This document shows positions 25,093 to 40,404 of a stretch of DNA of 64,000 nt, piece by piece. Position 1 is the first letter of the stretch. Every line of letters starts with the position of its first letter. The notes below the pieces were generated by a model, which was not told where the DNA came from, made no database searches, and saw nothing but the letters and a program-made list of their open reading frames with translations. Made by a program: the position numbers and the translations under genes. Location: NCBI GenBank assembly GCA_964016885.1, contig OZ024740.1, positions 408,208,001-408,272,000 on the forward strand. Reading direction: 5' to 3'. Origin of the DNA: Eledone cirrhosa. Taxonomy: Eukaryota.

Positions 25093-26314
25093 TAAATGCA
25101 AAGTATGGGTGCATAAAAGATGTAGTGGGATCACAGGTAAGCTAACTAAGAACATAGATTTTACATGTGGCCGGTACTCTGGTGCAATAAGTAGCAGCAA
25201 GTGCCCACAAAATACTAGCTCCTTCAACTGCGCAGAGGGTTCTATAGAAATAGTGGACAGCTTCCGTTATCTGGGTGACAAAATCAGCAGTGGGGGAGGG
25301 TGCTCTGAAAGTACAGTAGCTAGAGTCAGAACTGGATGGAAAAAGTTCAGAGAGCTTATACCACTATTAGCCGCTAGAGGGTTCTCCCTAAAAATGAAAG
25401 GCAGGTTATACGATGCCTGCATACGAACAGCAATGCTGCATGGCAGTGAGACCTGGGCATTGTGTGCAGAGGATATACGCAGACTAGAGAGGAACGCAGC
25501 TTGCATGCTCCGCTGGATGTGCAATAGTAATATACGTGAACGGCAAAGCATAAACGAACTAAGGAAAAAATTAGAAATAAGAGGGATCAGATGTTGTTTA
25601 CTCGAGAGAAGGCTACGTTGGTACGGTCACGTGATGCGCATGAAAGACGACAGCTGTATAACAAAGTGCAGGGCAATAAAGATAGACGGTAGCCACGGAG
25701 TAGGCAGACCCAGAAAAACATGGGACGAGCTGATAAATTCCGACCTCACACGCTTACACCTCTCCAAGACAATGTCACTGGACCGAGACCTTTGGCGGTA
25801 CTCAGTAATAGAGAAGACCCGCCTTACCTAAATACAAAGTAAAAATCTACTACAGTCAGTAGGCATCTCTATCAAAACACACCCCGTCCCACCACCTCCA
25901 CCCCACCCACACCGCCCCTTTCAATGTAAAGTTATGTTGGTCCCACAACATCCAGGCCGAAACAAATGAGATCGTGTAGGTGTCACGACAAAAAACACAC
26001 AGTCCACGCTGTAAATGTGGCCGTGTAGGCAACACGGTAAAAACCTCCCAGCCCCACACTGTAAATGTGGTTGGTGTTAGGAAGGGCATCCAGCTGTAGA
26101 AAACCCGCCAGACAGTCCATGCTGTAATGTGGCCGTGTAGGCAACACGGTAAAAACCTCTCAGCCCCACACTGTAAATGTGGTTGGTGTTAGGAAGGGCA
26201 TCCAACTGTAGAAAACCCGCCAGACAGTCCTATGCGAGCAAGACAACCACTCTTGCCTCAAGTGGGAAAACCCCCGTCCAAACCCATGCAAGCGTGGAAC
26301 ACGGACGCTAAACC

Positions 26315-26346
<32 letters not shown>
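25093..26346 (+). mobile_element. 5'-truncated RTE LINE (family A)
   Basis: ORF 25109-25831 with FRYLG, MLHGSETW, RRLRWYGHVMRM, GRPRKTW; 3' UTR; (GAT)n tail. Confidence 0.93.
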
Positions 26347-26433
26347 TGGATCTCAGGGGTAACCACATTTAGTAAAGTGGTCAATGCAATAATAGAAAGT
26401 TAACATCAATATATATATATATATGAATATGTA

Positions 26434-26515
<82 letters not shown>

Positions 26516-26519
26516 TCGT

Positions 26520-27335
<816 letters not shown>

Positions 27336-27372
27336 TAACAGATTAAAGTTTAAGCAAAGAATCGGTGCTTTA

Positions 27373-27707
27373 TGGAGGCACATGGCTTAGTGGTTAGTGT
27401 ATTGGCCTTGCAATCGAAAGGTTGTGAGTTCAATTCTCAGACCGGGTGATGTGTTGTTTCCTTGAGCAAGACACTTTATTTCACGTTGCTCCAGTTTACT
27501 CAGCTGTAGAAATGAGATGATAGGGACTGGGGTCCATATCATTCCACTGCAAAGTGGTCGTGGCGGTGTCACGGCAAAAAAAACCCCCACCACTCACTGT
27601 AAATGAGGTTGGTGTTAGGAAGGGCATCCAACTGTAGAAATCAACCCAAAATCAGTTCCCGTCCCACCCTTACAAGCAGGGAAAAAGCAGACGTAAAATG
27701 AAATGAT
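27373..27707 (+). mobile_element. Full-length tRNA-CORE-RTE-tail SINE
   Basis: Starts ggaggcacatggcttagtggtt; same family as 4807-5135. Confidence 0.85.
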
Positions 27708-28246
27708 ACATATATATATATAGAGAGAGGGGGGGGAGAAAAAGAGTCAGAACCCAGACGGCTGAGCTCCGGCCATTTCGACCGCTAGATCTGAACTAAC
27801 CCAGCTGGTACCTTACCATATTCCCTTCATTATATATATATATATATGCAAGTGTCGCAAAATAGACATTACGTGATGATGATGATATAAATAAGTATAT
27901 GTGTTTTTGTCTTGAAACTGTTGGTAGGACTGGGTTAAATGAAAGTGTTAATATAAATAATACACACATACACACACTCATATATATATTATATATATAT
28001 ACACATATGCCACATATATATATATATATAAATATATATATATATACATACATATGTATAATATTTCATTTTGATAACACTGTGAAAGAAAATATCATAT
28101 TACATGATTTTAATAACTTGGGGATCATACATTTTTAATAGGATTCTCTGACATCTTCCCCCTTTGCAAATATTGGAGTTCAATATTTGTACTTATGAAA
28201 AGATGAACTAATTCCTATTTACACAGCTATATATATATATATATAT

Positions 28247-28426
28247 GTAACGAAAGAATTGTGGTAAGGAACCAGATGGACCATAACGCACCAAAGTACT
28301 CAATACTTAGGGTAGTAGAGTGGGTAATAGGAACAAGTCCAGAAATAGCCATCGGGGTCATACTTGTTCCTATATATATATGTATATATATATATATATA
28401 TATGCTGTCGGGGTCATACTTGTTCC
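28247..28426. mobile_element. Inverted mini-fragments of the Penelope-like terminus
   Basis: Matches 52208-52300 and 54805-54862 (cggggtcatacttgttcc), in both orientations within (TA)n. Confidence 0.75.
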
Positions 28427-28729
28427 TATATATATATGTATATATATATATAATATATATATATGTATATATATATATATATCATCATCATCATCATTTT
28501 ACGTCCGCTTTTCCCTGCTTGCAAGGGTGGGACAGGTCCTATTCAGCACAGCATCTCTCCACTTGTCGCGGTCTTTCGTCATCTCCTCCGTGAGCTTCAG
28601 CAATCTGAGGTCTGCTCTCACCACCTCCACCTATGTTTTTCGTGGTAATAATAATAACACACACACACACACACACACACATATGTGTGTGTGTATGTGT
28701 ATTATTATTATTATCATTATTGGCATCTG

Positions 28730-29515
28730 TCGGTTTCGAAAGACCAGAGATCTGCGCCTGGAGACTTTTGTGTCAGCTGCTGCTGACAGTATACAGCGAC
28801 TGTATTTGTAGATGCTCCTCTCCTGTGCTACCATGGAGACAATTTTCAGTTCCCCCTCCCCTTGTTCCATCCCCTTGTGCAGTACTCATCTCCATCATGG
28901 TCGATCATTGGCAACCTCCTCCCATCTCTGGGTGTCCAAGTCTATTGACCTCATATTCCTTCTGTTGACATCTTTGAAACAAAAATGAGGTCGTCCTCAT
29001 GCTCTTGTGCTGGTGGCTAGTTCCCCATAAAGCAGGTCTTTTGGATTTTCTCATCTGGCATACAATGTATGTGACCAAACCAGGGTATATATGCTGTTTG
29101 AGCAGGGTGTATATGCTGGGTATCTAGGTGTGGTTCAGGACTTCAGTGTTGGTGACCCAGTCAGTCCACTTGATATCCGAAATGCGTCTCAGGCTACAAA
29201 GGTGGAAGACATTGAGACACCGCTCTTGTCTGGAGTAGAGGCTCTATGTCTTGCTGCTGTAAAGTAGTGTGCTGAGGACAGATGTCTTGTATTTAGTTTT
29301 GTTCTCCCAGACTCTCTTCATCAGCCTGGCAAATGTGAGGTTGCTCGTCCAACTCTCCTGCTGATCTCAAGGTCCAGGAAGAGGTTGTCAATGATGGTGG
29401 AGCCAAGGTCGATGAATTTGTAGACCACCTCCAGCTCATAGTTGTTGATGGTGATGGTGAGGGGTGCTTGACACTTTGGCCCTGTATTTTGGTTTTCTTC
29501 TGACTAATGGTTAGG
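28730..29515 (-). mobile_element. Degraded RTE/BovB-type LINE 3' fragment
   Basis: Minus-strand VLSTLLYSSKT, FHLCSLRRISDIKWTDWVTNTEVL, WFGHIHCMPDE motifs with stops. Confidence 0.75.
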
Positions 29516-31005
29516 CTGATTTTGGCTTTGTTTCTACAGCTGGATGCCTATATATATATATATAGCCACTTATTGTCATGGCTGTATATATATGTGTGTG
29601 TATGTGTATGTATATATTCATACTCACACAAACATTACTATTTCAACCCCACCGCACACCCTCCCCCCATATTCACAGCTGCCTGCCTGTGAAGTTTTAT
29701 TGTGATGGGATGATGGGAAGGGCATTTGCCATGGAGTGCTTTCCAAACAAAGGGTTGAGAGGACCCTCAGTTGTGTCAAAGACATGACAACCTCTCCTGT
29801 GCTCCCGGTGGAATGTGTGGCCATACATAAGCAAGACACAGATCCCTGACCTGTCTGGGAGATCTGTGACTCCACTTCAGTACTGACATGGTCTGTGTGG
29901 ACCCATCTAATCCTTGCTAGCAGGGAAAGCAGACGTTAAACAATAATGTTGATGATGATACACATATAATTTAAGGATGCCATAATTACTTATCTGTACA
30001 AAAGGCAATAAGTGTGAAAGTGACAACCTCTGAGGCATATCATTACTTTGTCTTGCAGGAAAAATCCTTCCTAGAAATAAGGAAAACTTGGTGCCTAACA
30101 TTTACCCTCAAAGTCAATGTGGAATTAGGTCAGGTCTTGTGACTGTAGATATGATCTTCAGTTTGCAACAGGTACAGGAAAAGGCTCATGAGCCTGACAA
30201 GGACTTGTATGTCTCAAAATCTTTCTACCAAATTTCATGCACAAGTTATTGGGCAACCCTAAGACACTTGCTCAATGTGTTGCACTACGACCAAACTCAA
30301 AACTATATATATAATTGCAAAGTGAACGTCTTAACTACAAGGCAATGCCTGTACCAAGTGTAGTCATTTAACTGCTTAAAAATCTAACTTGATTTGAATG
30401 AATGGTTATTTATGAGTTGTGTAATAAAATTCACTATATAGTAGTGGGAGGAAATCAATAATGACCTGGGTAGTGATCGTTCCTTTTACACCAAAAGGCA
30501 ATGTTTGACCTCATTCAGTAGCTGACCCACTTTAAATAAGAATTTCTATTGGAGATATATATAAAAAAAAATTTTCTCTGAAGGGATGCCATAATTTGTT
30601 TCTGGCTGTTAAATAATAGCATTTTGTGAAAATAGATTAGTAGAGCATTTTTCAACTGTACTGAATGTATACTTGTCTGTGTTTATTGTGCGTATGTTTA
30701 TGCACATATGTGTATGTGTAAATAATGTAATTATTATCTATTTTGAGTGTGTTGAATTATTATTTCACTATTGAAGAAGATACGCAATTTTACATTAAAG
30801 AAATTCTTCAGGTTGTGGAGATGAAAGGAAATTGAATGCTGTTGGTTGTTAAATACAAAGAGAGATTTTTCTCATTTAGTTTAGAGTGACATTCCAGTAA
30901 ACATGATTCTTTTGCAATTTGACTAGACCCAATGTATATATATATATATATACATTGTATATATATCTATCTATCTCTATATATATATATACATGTATAT
31001 ATATA

Positions 31006-31039
<34 letters not shown>

Positions 31040-31042
<3 letters not shown>

Positions 31043-32794
31043 CGCAACTAATCAGAGAGAGAATTGATCTAGATGAAATGCAGTTCGGTTTGTGTCAGGC
31101 AAAAGTACCACAGACGCTCTTTTCATTGTACGACAACTACAGGAGAAGTACCTAGCTAAAAGTAAACCCCTATACTTAGCTTTTGTTGACTTGGAGAAAG
31201 CCTTCAACAGAGTCCCCCGTTCCATTATCTGGTGGGCTCTTAGAAAACTAGGTGTTGACGAATGGCTTGTGAGAGCTATACAAGCCATGTATAAAGAAAC
31301 AGTCAGCAAGGTTAGAATTAACAACGAATATAGTGAAGAGTTTAGTGTAAAAGTTGGTGTTCATCAGGGCTCTGTTCTTAGCCCCCTACTATTTATTATT
31401 GCCCTTCAGGCTATAACAGTGGAGTTCAAGACCAGCTTCCCATGGGAACTCCTATTCGCAGATGATCTAACGCTCATAGCTGAATCAATGGCCGAGCTAG
31501 AGAAGAAATTCCAAACATGGAAGCACGGCCTAGAATCAAAAGGCCTTAAAATTAACCTGGCTAAGACTAAAGTTCTAGTTTGTAGGAAAGAAAATAAGGC
31601 GCCGGTCCCTTCCGGGAAATGGCCATGCTCAGTGTGTAGGAAAGGCGTAGGTAGAAACTCCATTTTGTGTCCCAAATGCAAAGTCTGGGTGCATAAAAGA
31701 TGTAGTGGGATCACAGGTAAGCTAACTAAGAACATAGATTTTACATGTGGCCGGTACTCTGGTGCAATAAGTAGCAGCAAGTGCCCACAAAATACTAGCT
31801 CTTTCAATTGCGCAGAGGGTTCTTTAGAAATAGTGGACAGCTTGCGTTACCTGGGTGACAAAATCAGCAGTGTGGGAGGGTGCTCTGAAAGTACAGTAGC
31901 TAGAGTCAGAACTGGATGGAAAAAGTTCAGAGAGCTTATACCACTATTAGCCGCTAAAGGGTTCTCCCTAAAAATGAAAGGCAGGTTGTATGATGCCTGC
32001 ATACGAACAGCAATGTTGCATGGCAGTGAGACCTGGGCATTGTGTGCAGAGGATATACGCAGACTAGAGAGGAACGAAGCTTGCATGCTCCGCTGGATGT
32101 GTAACAGTAATATACGTCAACGGCAAAGCATAAACGAACTAAGGAAAAAATTAGAAATAAGAGGGATCAGATGTTGTTTACTCGAGAGAAGGCTACGTTG
32201 GTATGGACACGTGATGCGCATGAAAGACGATAGCTGTATAACAAAGTGCAGGGCAATAAAGATAGACGGTAGCTACGGAGTAGGCAGACCCAGAAAAACA
32301 TGGGACGAGCTGATAAATTCCGACCTCACTTACACCTCTCCAAGACAATGTCACTGGACCGAGACCTTTGGCGGTACTCAGTAATAGAGAAGACCCGCCT
32401 TACCTAAATACAAAGTAAAACCTACTACAGTCAGTAGGCATCTCTAACAAAATACACCCCCGTCCCACCACCCCCACCCCATCCACACCGCCCCTTTCAA
32501 TGTAAAGTTATGTTGGTGTCACAACATCCAGGCCGAAACAAATGAGATCGTGTAGGTGTCACGACAAAAAAACACACAGTCCACGCTGTAATGTGGCCGT
32601 GTAGGTAACATGGTAAAAACCTCCCAGACCCACACTGTAAATGTGGTTGGTGTTGGGAAGGGCATCCAGCTGTAGAAAACCCGCCAGTCAGTCCTATGCG
32701 AGCAAGACAATCACTCTTGCCTCAAGTGGGAAAACTCCCGTCCAAACTCATGCAAGCGTGGAACACGGACGTTAAACGATGATGATGATGATGA

Positions 32795-32797
<3 letters not shown>
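31040..32797 (+). mobile_element. 5'-truncated RTE LINE (family A), frameshifted
   Basis: ORF 31092-32384 with FVDLEKAF, GVHQGSVLSPLLF, LFADDL, PHD-like insert; (GAT)n tail. Confidence 0.95.
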
Positions 32798-32879
<82 letters not shown>

Positions 32880-32897
32880 ACGTCCGCTTTTCCCTTC

Positions 32898-32998
<101 letters not shown>

Positions 32999-33547
32999 TT
33001 GGTAATAATTCCATTACTAATACTCAAATTTAGACAAGGGTAGTTGAATGGCACAATCAATAGATATCACACCATATTCAGCATCCCCTGGAGTGACTTA
33101 ATTATCATTTTTGAAGTCATCAAATGGGTAGAGGTCACCAGCACTAAGACCATATTGTTAAAGACATTGCTGCAATGGATAAGATATCTTCCCAGTATTT
33201 TGTATGGTGGAGTTTTTATTGGCAACCATGATAGATGCGTACCAAAGAAAATGTATAAGGACTCTCTGAAGAAATTTCTTTATGAATGTCACAATGACTA
33301 TCACAGACAGTCAACTATATCCTCTAGTTGACAGGCTTGGTAACAAGCCAATCGCTAGTCTGTCTCTTTTAGAAATACATGTAGAGCTAGTCTTGAAGAC
33401 AAAAGAAGATCAAGGAAGAACCTTGACAGCAGCACTGAACCTAGAACAATAATGTAGCACATGTGGCTATGACTATTTCCCTATTGGCTTTGTTGGCTAC
33501 CAGCAAGCAGCCTGGAATTGTCAAAGCTAAGCCATGAATATTATCAG

Positions 33548-33715
33548 TGGTGAATTGGCAGTATTGGTAGATGGTCGTAGTTACGTCCCTTTACGATCTG
33601 AGTTCAAATCCCGCCGAGGTTAACTTTGCCTTTCATCCTTTCGGGATCGATAAAATAAAGTACCAGTAATACACTGGGTAATTGCTGGCCTTGTGCCAAA
33701 AGTAGAAACAATTAT
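33548..33715 (+). mobile_element. Meta-like SINE
   Basis: Family motifs; TSD attatcagt. Confidence 0.8.
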
Positions 33716-34171
33716 CAGTAAATATAGTACTATATTATAATACCTCTTTTATTTGTTATTATTTTGTCATTTATTTGAATAGTAATTTTCTAAAAAATCA
33801 TAATACACTAAGAGAATTGTAGTGACAAAGAAAAAATATGTTATAGTATTGCTTACATATATGTGTGGTCAATAAGTGGTTTGGTTCAGTAAACAGGGAT
33901 ATATATTAGCAGTTTCAATTTTAAAAGCTTTGACTTGAATTTATCAAATTTGTCAGATTTTGAAATAGCAAAGTCAGTTCTTCCACACGACATATATTTT
34001 TGAAATGTAGCAGATTAACCAAAAATCAATAAAGCTAATAATTTTTATATTTTTCATCTTTAATATTAGATTATGCAAAATTGATGTTTGAGATTTGGGA
34101 AATTCACTCCAAAAATGAATTTGCAAGAGCCATATCAGTTGCAATTTATAATTATCATTATTCACTTGTTA

Positions 34172-34365
34172 AGGGTGGTGGATTGGCAGTATTGGTAGTG
34201 GGTGGACGCCATGTCTTGCAGCATAAAGTTATAGTCCTTTACGGTTTGAGTTCAAATCCCGCTGAGGTTAATTTTGCCTTTCATCCTTATGGGATCGATA
34301 AAATAAAGTACCAGTAAGGTACTGGGGTAATTGTTGGCCTTGTGCCAAAAGTAGAAACAATTATT
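34172..34365 (+). mobile_element. Meta-like SINE
   Basis: Family motifs; imperfect TSD attattcact(t/a)gt(t/c)aa. Confidence 0.8.
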
Positions 34366-34989
34366 ATTCACTAGTCAAATGTTTAATGTGCTGTCATTGC
34401 ATTACTGAGTGCAGCTTTGTATGCCTTGTGTATATGAAGTGTTATGTTTTTAAGAACTATATTCCTCCTTTTACAAAGGAGAAAGAAAGTATTCAAGAGA
34501 AATTTAGCTGCTATCTCTTGCAGGTCAAACAACCATGTAGAGGTTCCTCTGTTTGCTTGTCTTTATAATAAAGTTGTTTTCCTTTCTTTTCACAGCTGGC
34601 TGTTAACACAGTTTCTGATATTTATGATTTTTGTATGTGTAGCTATTTGTATCATTTTCCTTTTATTCTTTACTATGTAATTTTGTAGTTCTACTATAGA
34701 TATTTTATGATAATTGACTAGTTTCATAAAACCTTAACTGCCCTGTATTTGTGGTGAATATAATGTTTCTTTATCACATTTTGTGTGGCGTAAAAATGGT
34801 AGACTATATTCTAAATGTAGTTATCATTCACCTTGATTTACTGTCTACCATACAGTTGAGATATTTTAACTGTAACTTAATACTCGAAGAAATAAATTAT
34901 GGATACATATTATCATCCTCGTTTTACGTCTGCTTTTCCTTGCTTGCAAGATATGTTTTTGGGGGTTGGGCCATTTAGTTCTATTTTAA

Positions 34990-36800
34990 TAGTTAATTTA
35001 ATGTGTTGCACTTCTTCTGTCATTTGTGTTTGTTGTACTCTCTCTAGTTTATCAGTTCCTAAGTATTTGTAGTGTAATACTCTTATCCATCAGTCTGTAT
35101 CTGTCATTATGAGTGGCTTTTATCAATTTTCCTCTCCTTAGAATTGCCTAGGCTTATATTTCTATCAATTTCTTAACTGAATCTGTTTGCAGTTATCATC
35201 AGTGAAATAGAACTTGAGCTCATGCATATATAAAAAATGGTTGATTGTCTTCCTAGAGTATTTGTATTTGAGTCTAATTTGGTTTTACATGTTAATTAAA
35301 AGTATCAACGCCAGAAACAAAATGAGTAGAAGGAGGGCGTTCTCATGGAATATTTCCCTTTTAATAGGAATGAGATTTGTTTTCATAATTCCCTCTATTG
35401 TTTATTTCTGCAAAATTGTTTGCAATTTATAAATAAGACATGTTTGATGTACAGATTTACTATTGATAAATTACTGATGGCTAATGTTTTCAGAAAACAT
35501 AGGTGTAAACACTGTTAAAAACCTTTCTGGTAGTCAATCTATGCCATACTCAGACCTTTTTGTCTCTTCTACATTCTTTAGTTAATCAATAATTGATACT
35601 CACAACCATGAGATGTTATAGCTTCTCATCTGTAAGTGTTTTGTTTTATCCAGCTAATCATTATCCTTTGAGATATTATTGCTGTTAATGCTTTGTATGT
35701 TGTAGACAGGCAGCTTATATGACTGTAGTTTTTAAGGTGTCTTTAGTTTTAGGGGTTTAAGATATTTTTTTCTTTTTAGGGAAGCCTTTGAGTGTTGTTT
35801 TGGGCTTTTCCCTTAGATTATTAGTTATTTTGTTTGTAGTTTGTTTGCTTGTTAAATATTCAATCAGAATTTAAGAACCTTGATAAAATAAAGCACCAGT
35901 AATGCACTGGGATAATTGCTGGCCTTGTACCAAAAGTAGAAACAATTGTTATTATTACAGATTCTGAGCTACTCCTTGCATTATTATAGCTTCCCATTAT
36001 TGTTCAGTTGTTAAACTTATTGTTTTAGAGCATTATAACCCATAGCAGTCCCTTCATGATTCACACTCCTCCTCCAAATTTGCCATGACTTCTATGTTGT
36101 TTTTCCTTTTTTCTTGATAAAACAATTTTGTGTTGGAGTGAAACTATTTTCTTTCTTGAAAGAATTGTAAATTTTCATAATGGTGGACAATTTGTAATTT
36201 AGCAAGATACCCTATTTTCAGGTATTCTTTGATTTTCTATATTTATTTTTTCAATTTTTGTTGTGTTATATTTGTCTCTCCTTGTTCTTTTCAATTTGTG
36301 TTTTTTCATTATTGGTTGAGACATTTTCCTTCTTTATCAATATATTTGTTTTCTCTGTTGTTTGCTCAGGTTTTGATATTCCTTCTTATATTAATAGTTC
36401 TGAGTACCTGGTTTCTTTCATAACTATCGTGGCTCTTGCAGAAACTATTCACTTGTGCTGATATTTATGTTTTCACTAAGTTATGATAGCCAGGTTTGCA
36501 TCTTTTTCTGTTGTTACTATTTTTATTGTTAAGATTTATTAGTTGGTCCATAGAAAGCTCTTCTAGCAATTTTAATTCTTTCATTATTTTATTTAAATTA
36601 TGGTCATATTCAAAATTTACATCTTTAGAATTTTCTATTCTTAAATTTTTCTAATATTTTTCTTTATCTATTTCTGTCAGTATTCTGTGAGTCTGCTAAG
36701 CTTTGATTATATTGCTTTATTATTTTGTTTGTTTTACATGTTCTAGGTCTTACATCATATTTTTGGTTCTCTATGTTTTACTCTTGTTTGTACATTTCTT
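34990..36800 (-). mobile_element. Highly degraded R4/NeSL-type non-LTR RT relic
   Basis: Minus-strand remnants in correct order: CEYQLLIN, LSMA*IDYQKG, IKREIFHENALLLL (GIFQGD-like), INHFLYMHELKFY (YMDD-like), YKYLG. Confidence 0.7.
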
Positions 36801-36868
36801 GTGTGTCTGGGGTTTTTTTCAATGAATTTTCCTAAGAAATTTTTTCTTTCAAGAATTTCTATTTGTAT

Positions 36869-37600
36869 GGAGGCACATGGCTTAGTGGTTAGAGCATTGG
36901 CCTTGCAATCAAAAGGTTGTGAGTTCAATTCTCAGACCGGGTGATGTATTGTTTCCTTGAGCAAGACACTTTATTTCACATTGCTCCAGTTTACTCAGCT
37001 GTAGAAATGAGATGATAGGGACTGGGGTCCATATCATTCCACTGCAAAGTGGTCGTGGAGGTGCCACGGCAAAAAAGCACCCAGCACTCACTGTAAAATG
37101 AGGTTGGTGTTAGGAAGGGCATCCAACTGTAGAAATCAAGCCAGCATCAGTTCCCGTCCCACCCTTGCAAGCAGGGAAAAAGCGGACATAAAATAAAATG
37201 ATGATGATGATGATGCCTGACATCTTTTATGGTTTTGAGAGTTTATCTTCTTAAATTAGCTATTCAAACAGTTTTATATGTGTATATTATAGAGCATTAG
37301 CCTTGCAATCGAAAGAGTGTGAGTGCAATTCTCAGACCGGGTGATGTGTTGTGTCCTTGAGCAAGACACTTTATTTCACATTGCTCCAGTTTACTCTGTA
37401 GAAATGAGATGATAGGACTGGGGTCCATATCATTCCACTGCAAAGTGGTCATGGAGGTGCCACGGCAAAAAAGCACCCAGCACTCACTGTAAATGAGGTT
37501 GGTGTTAGGAAGGGCATCCAGCTGTAGAAATCAAGCCAGAATCAGTTCCCATCCCACCCTTGCAAGCAGGGAAAAGTGGACGTAAAATGATGATGATGAT
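36869..37600 (+). mobile_element. Two tandem tRNA-CORE-RTE-tail SINEs (36869-37215, 37290-37600)
   Basis: Same family as 4807-5135. Confidence 0.85.
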
Positions 37601-38759
37601 AGTTGTTTATTTTGTGTGGGAGTGTAGCTATAAAGTATATATGTAGTATAGAAGTATATCTCTTCTGTGTCCATTTATGCCTATTCTGTTTTATCTGTGG
37701 AAAATGTAGAATAGAGTTGGCTTTATATTTAGATTGTCATCATGTCCATCAGGTACTGGCATATTTGTTTCTGGCAATACACATTCTGCATACTGTGCTT
37801 TTTTAATACTTTATACAAATCAAATTCAAAATCTGTATATAAATTTCTGCAATTCTGTCACAACATGTAAAGAGAGAGGAGTAGTTTGACTACCTCATAC
37901 TACTCCTCTCTCTTTATGACTGCTACCTGTGTGAATGTATGTGTGTGTAAAAGGAAGGAAATGGATGATGAAAAAACTATACTGTATGTGAGTGTATGTG
38001 TGTGTGAGTGTAAATATATGTGTGTGTGTGTTTGTGTGAATGTATGTGTGTGTTTGTGAATGTATGTCTTTGAGTGTGTCTGTGTTTGTAAGTTTATATT
38101 TATATACTCATACATATAAATGTATGCATATGCACATACACACATACACACACACACATCAGCATATGGAAAAAATTCTAGTATACTAAATCTTCCTAAT
38201 AATGATTTGACTTGTGTTCTGTTGGAGGTATTGTTGCTCAACCCTAAGTCGACCCATTATCAAAAACATTCCAACTATAACACTCCTATCTTCAGGTGTA
38301 ATGTATCTCAGACAACATTATCTGATGTTCCTTTTTATAAAAATGCTGGGATAGAAATGTTAGGGAGATTTAGCTGCTATTTCTAGGTCAAGCAGTTGTC
38401 AGAAGTTTCCATAATTAGTGGTGTGTTTCCGTGTACTGGTTAATTACCTTGAACATTTGCAATTCATTATTTATAAGCCTGTGTAATTTCTCTAAGTTAA
38501 TGCATTAAACATGCTTTTCAAAATTTATGTTATTTGTTTTTGATTTTATTTATTGTTATTTCATCAATGTTAATGGATATTTTCTACACATAAGTAGCAA
38601 AGTCTGATGCATTTTATCCCTGGAGCTGAACCAGTCAGGTACTGCAGTCTATTTAATTTACCAACCCCTCCCCAAAATTACTGGCCATTGTTGTTGTTGA
38701 ACTTCCTTTGAATTCTGCTTCTTTCTCATATCTTGCTGAGTGTCAACCTGACACCTGAG

Positions 38760-39750
38760 GCAACATTTGGTAATACACGCATGTGTTTCGTCCAGAGCTC
38801 CAGGTGGACAAAAACTGGGACAAAGTAACAAAGTATGACTCGAATGGGCTGAGAGGAAACTATACCTGAAAGGTCAGGCAGAGGTGGTGAATGTCTACAT
38901 CACATCCATCATCTCCTACTGCTTGACCTTTGAGCCTTGTCCTAGTCGCTGCTTGACTGCACTGGAATGTTTGCTCTTTCGCTTTTAGTGGAAGGGACAT
39001 GTGCCACTATTCAGGGGGACCATTTGCTGCCAACACCAACTGTGTATAGGACTTGGTATGTCATGGCTGAAATGCAGAAATATGTCCTGAGGCTATGTCA
39101 TCTCCAGCTTTTCTTTGACAGTGAACAGGTGTGAACAGGTATGGTTGCCATTTGCTATATGTGTGTTTTCTCCAGCTTGTTGCTTTGACAGAGCTGTAGT
39201 TCTGGGTCAAGTGAAAACTGAGAAGGAGTGCTTGGAAACTGGAATGTCTTCAAGCACTCACCACCCTCTGCCAATTGGACAGTACAATCAGTGGAAACTC
39301 CACCTTGACATTCTATAGAGGGTTACTGGTGAGTAAAAGCAACAACATACTTGGGGAGATTTGTCGACAAAGATCAACTAGCCACTCTTTTCCAAAGGAC
39401 TTTCAGTCCAGGGCCTATGGATAACTTCCAGAAACCCCTGAAGAACATTACCAGTAAGAACATACCCAAATGAATGGGCCCGTCCTAAGTGCACCTGTAG
39501 ACTAAAGGAAAACAGCCGAGAGGGGGCACTTGCCCTAGGGGGTCAGGGTGACTGCGGCTTTCCGTTGGCTTTCTTCATGAGTGACCCTCAGAGGTCTCCC
39601 CCTTATTGGGGAATTTGTTTTGTTTGAACTTTCATGTTTATGTTTTTAATTTTTGTTATAACATTTTTTACACAAAAAACCCTACATTGTATCATCCTGT
39701 GTCAGCTTTAATGTTTTCTTAATGTCAGCCCTGTGTGGCTAATAAAGAAA
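38760..39750 (+). mobile_element. Degraded L1/Tx1-like LINE 3' fragment
   Basis: WAERKLYLKGQAEVVNVYITSIILYCL resembles the W-x-x-R-x-LS-x-x-GR motif; ends in aataaagaaa. Confidence 0.55.
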
Positions 39751-40404
39751 CTGCTGTTGTTGTTGCTGCTGCTGCAATGGAATGGCAGAATCATTAGAGT
39801 GTCAGATAAAATGATATGCAGCAGTTTATCACTCTTTATGTTCTGAATTTAGATCCTGCTGATGTTAGCTTTGCCTTTCATCTTTACAGAGTTGATAAAA
39901 TAAAGTACCAGTAATGCAGTGGGATTGATTTCATTGATTTCCCCTCTCTCCTTCATATTGCTGGTCTTGTGCCAAAAGTAGAAAGAATTATAATTATTTA
40001 ATGGTCAATTTTTATTGTGTCTTATCACTGTATTCCTGGGTATAGCACTGTATGTGTCTAGCAACACTATGTTGTGGTATCGTTATTTCTATTGTATTGA
40101 AAATATTCTACATATGCCTTATAGTGATATTTTCTGTATTTTGTGCAAATTTATAATGCCTGGACTGTTAAATGTGTATTTGCCTGCATATGTAAAGAAA
40201 TATTATTCCAAATGCACTGTTAGAAATAATTATATATGCATAGACACAAACCATGGCCAATGAAGTGTTATGATGAATCAAGAAATATAGTACATAACAC
40301 CTGTTGTCTGTGAGATCTAATTAGCAAATCATTATTAGAATACTTTTGCTGATAACATATTCACTCTCATCCAGTTGAATTAGTAGCTGACAAAAATGAA
40401 ATGA

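Noticed and set aside
36869-36945. tRNA gene candidates at SINE heads
   Set aside because: A and B boxes are present, but they run into CORE and tail sequence and lack a proper cloverleaf.
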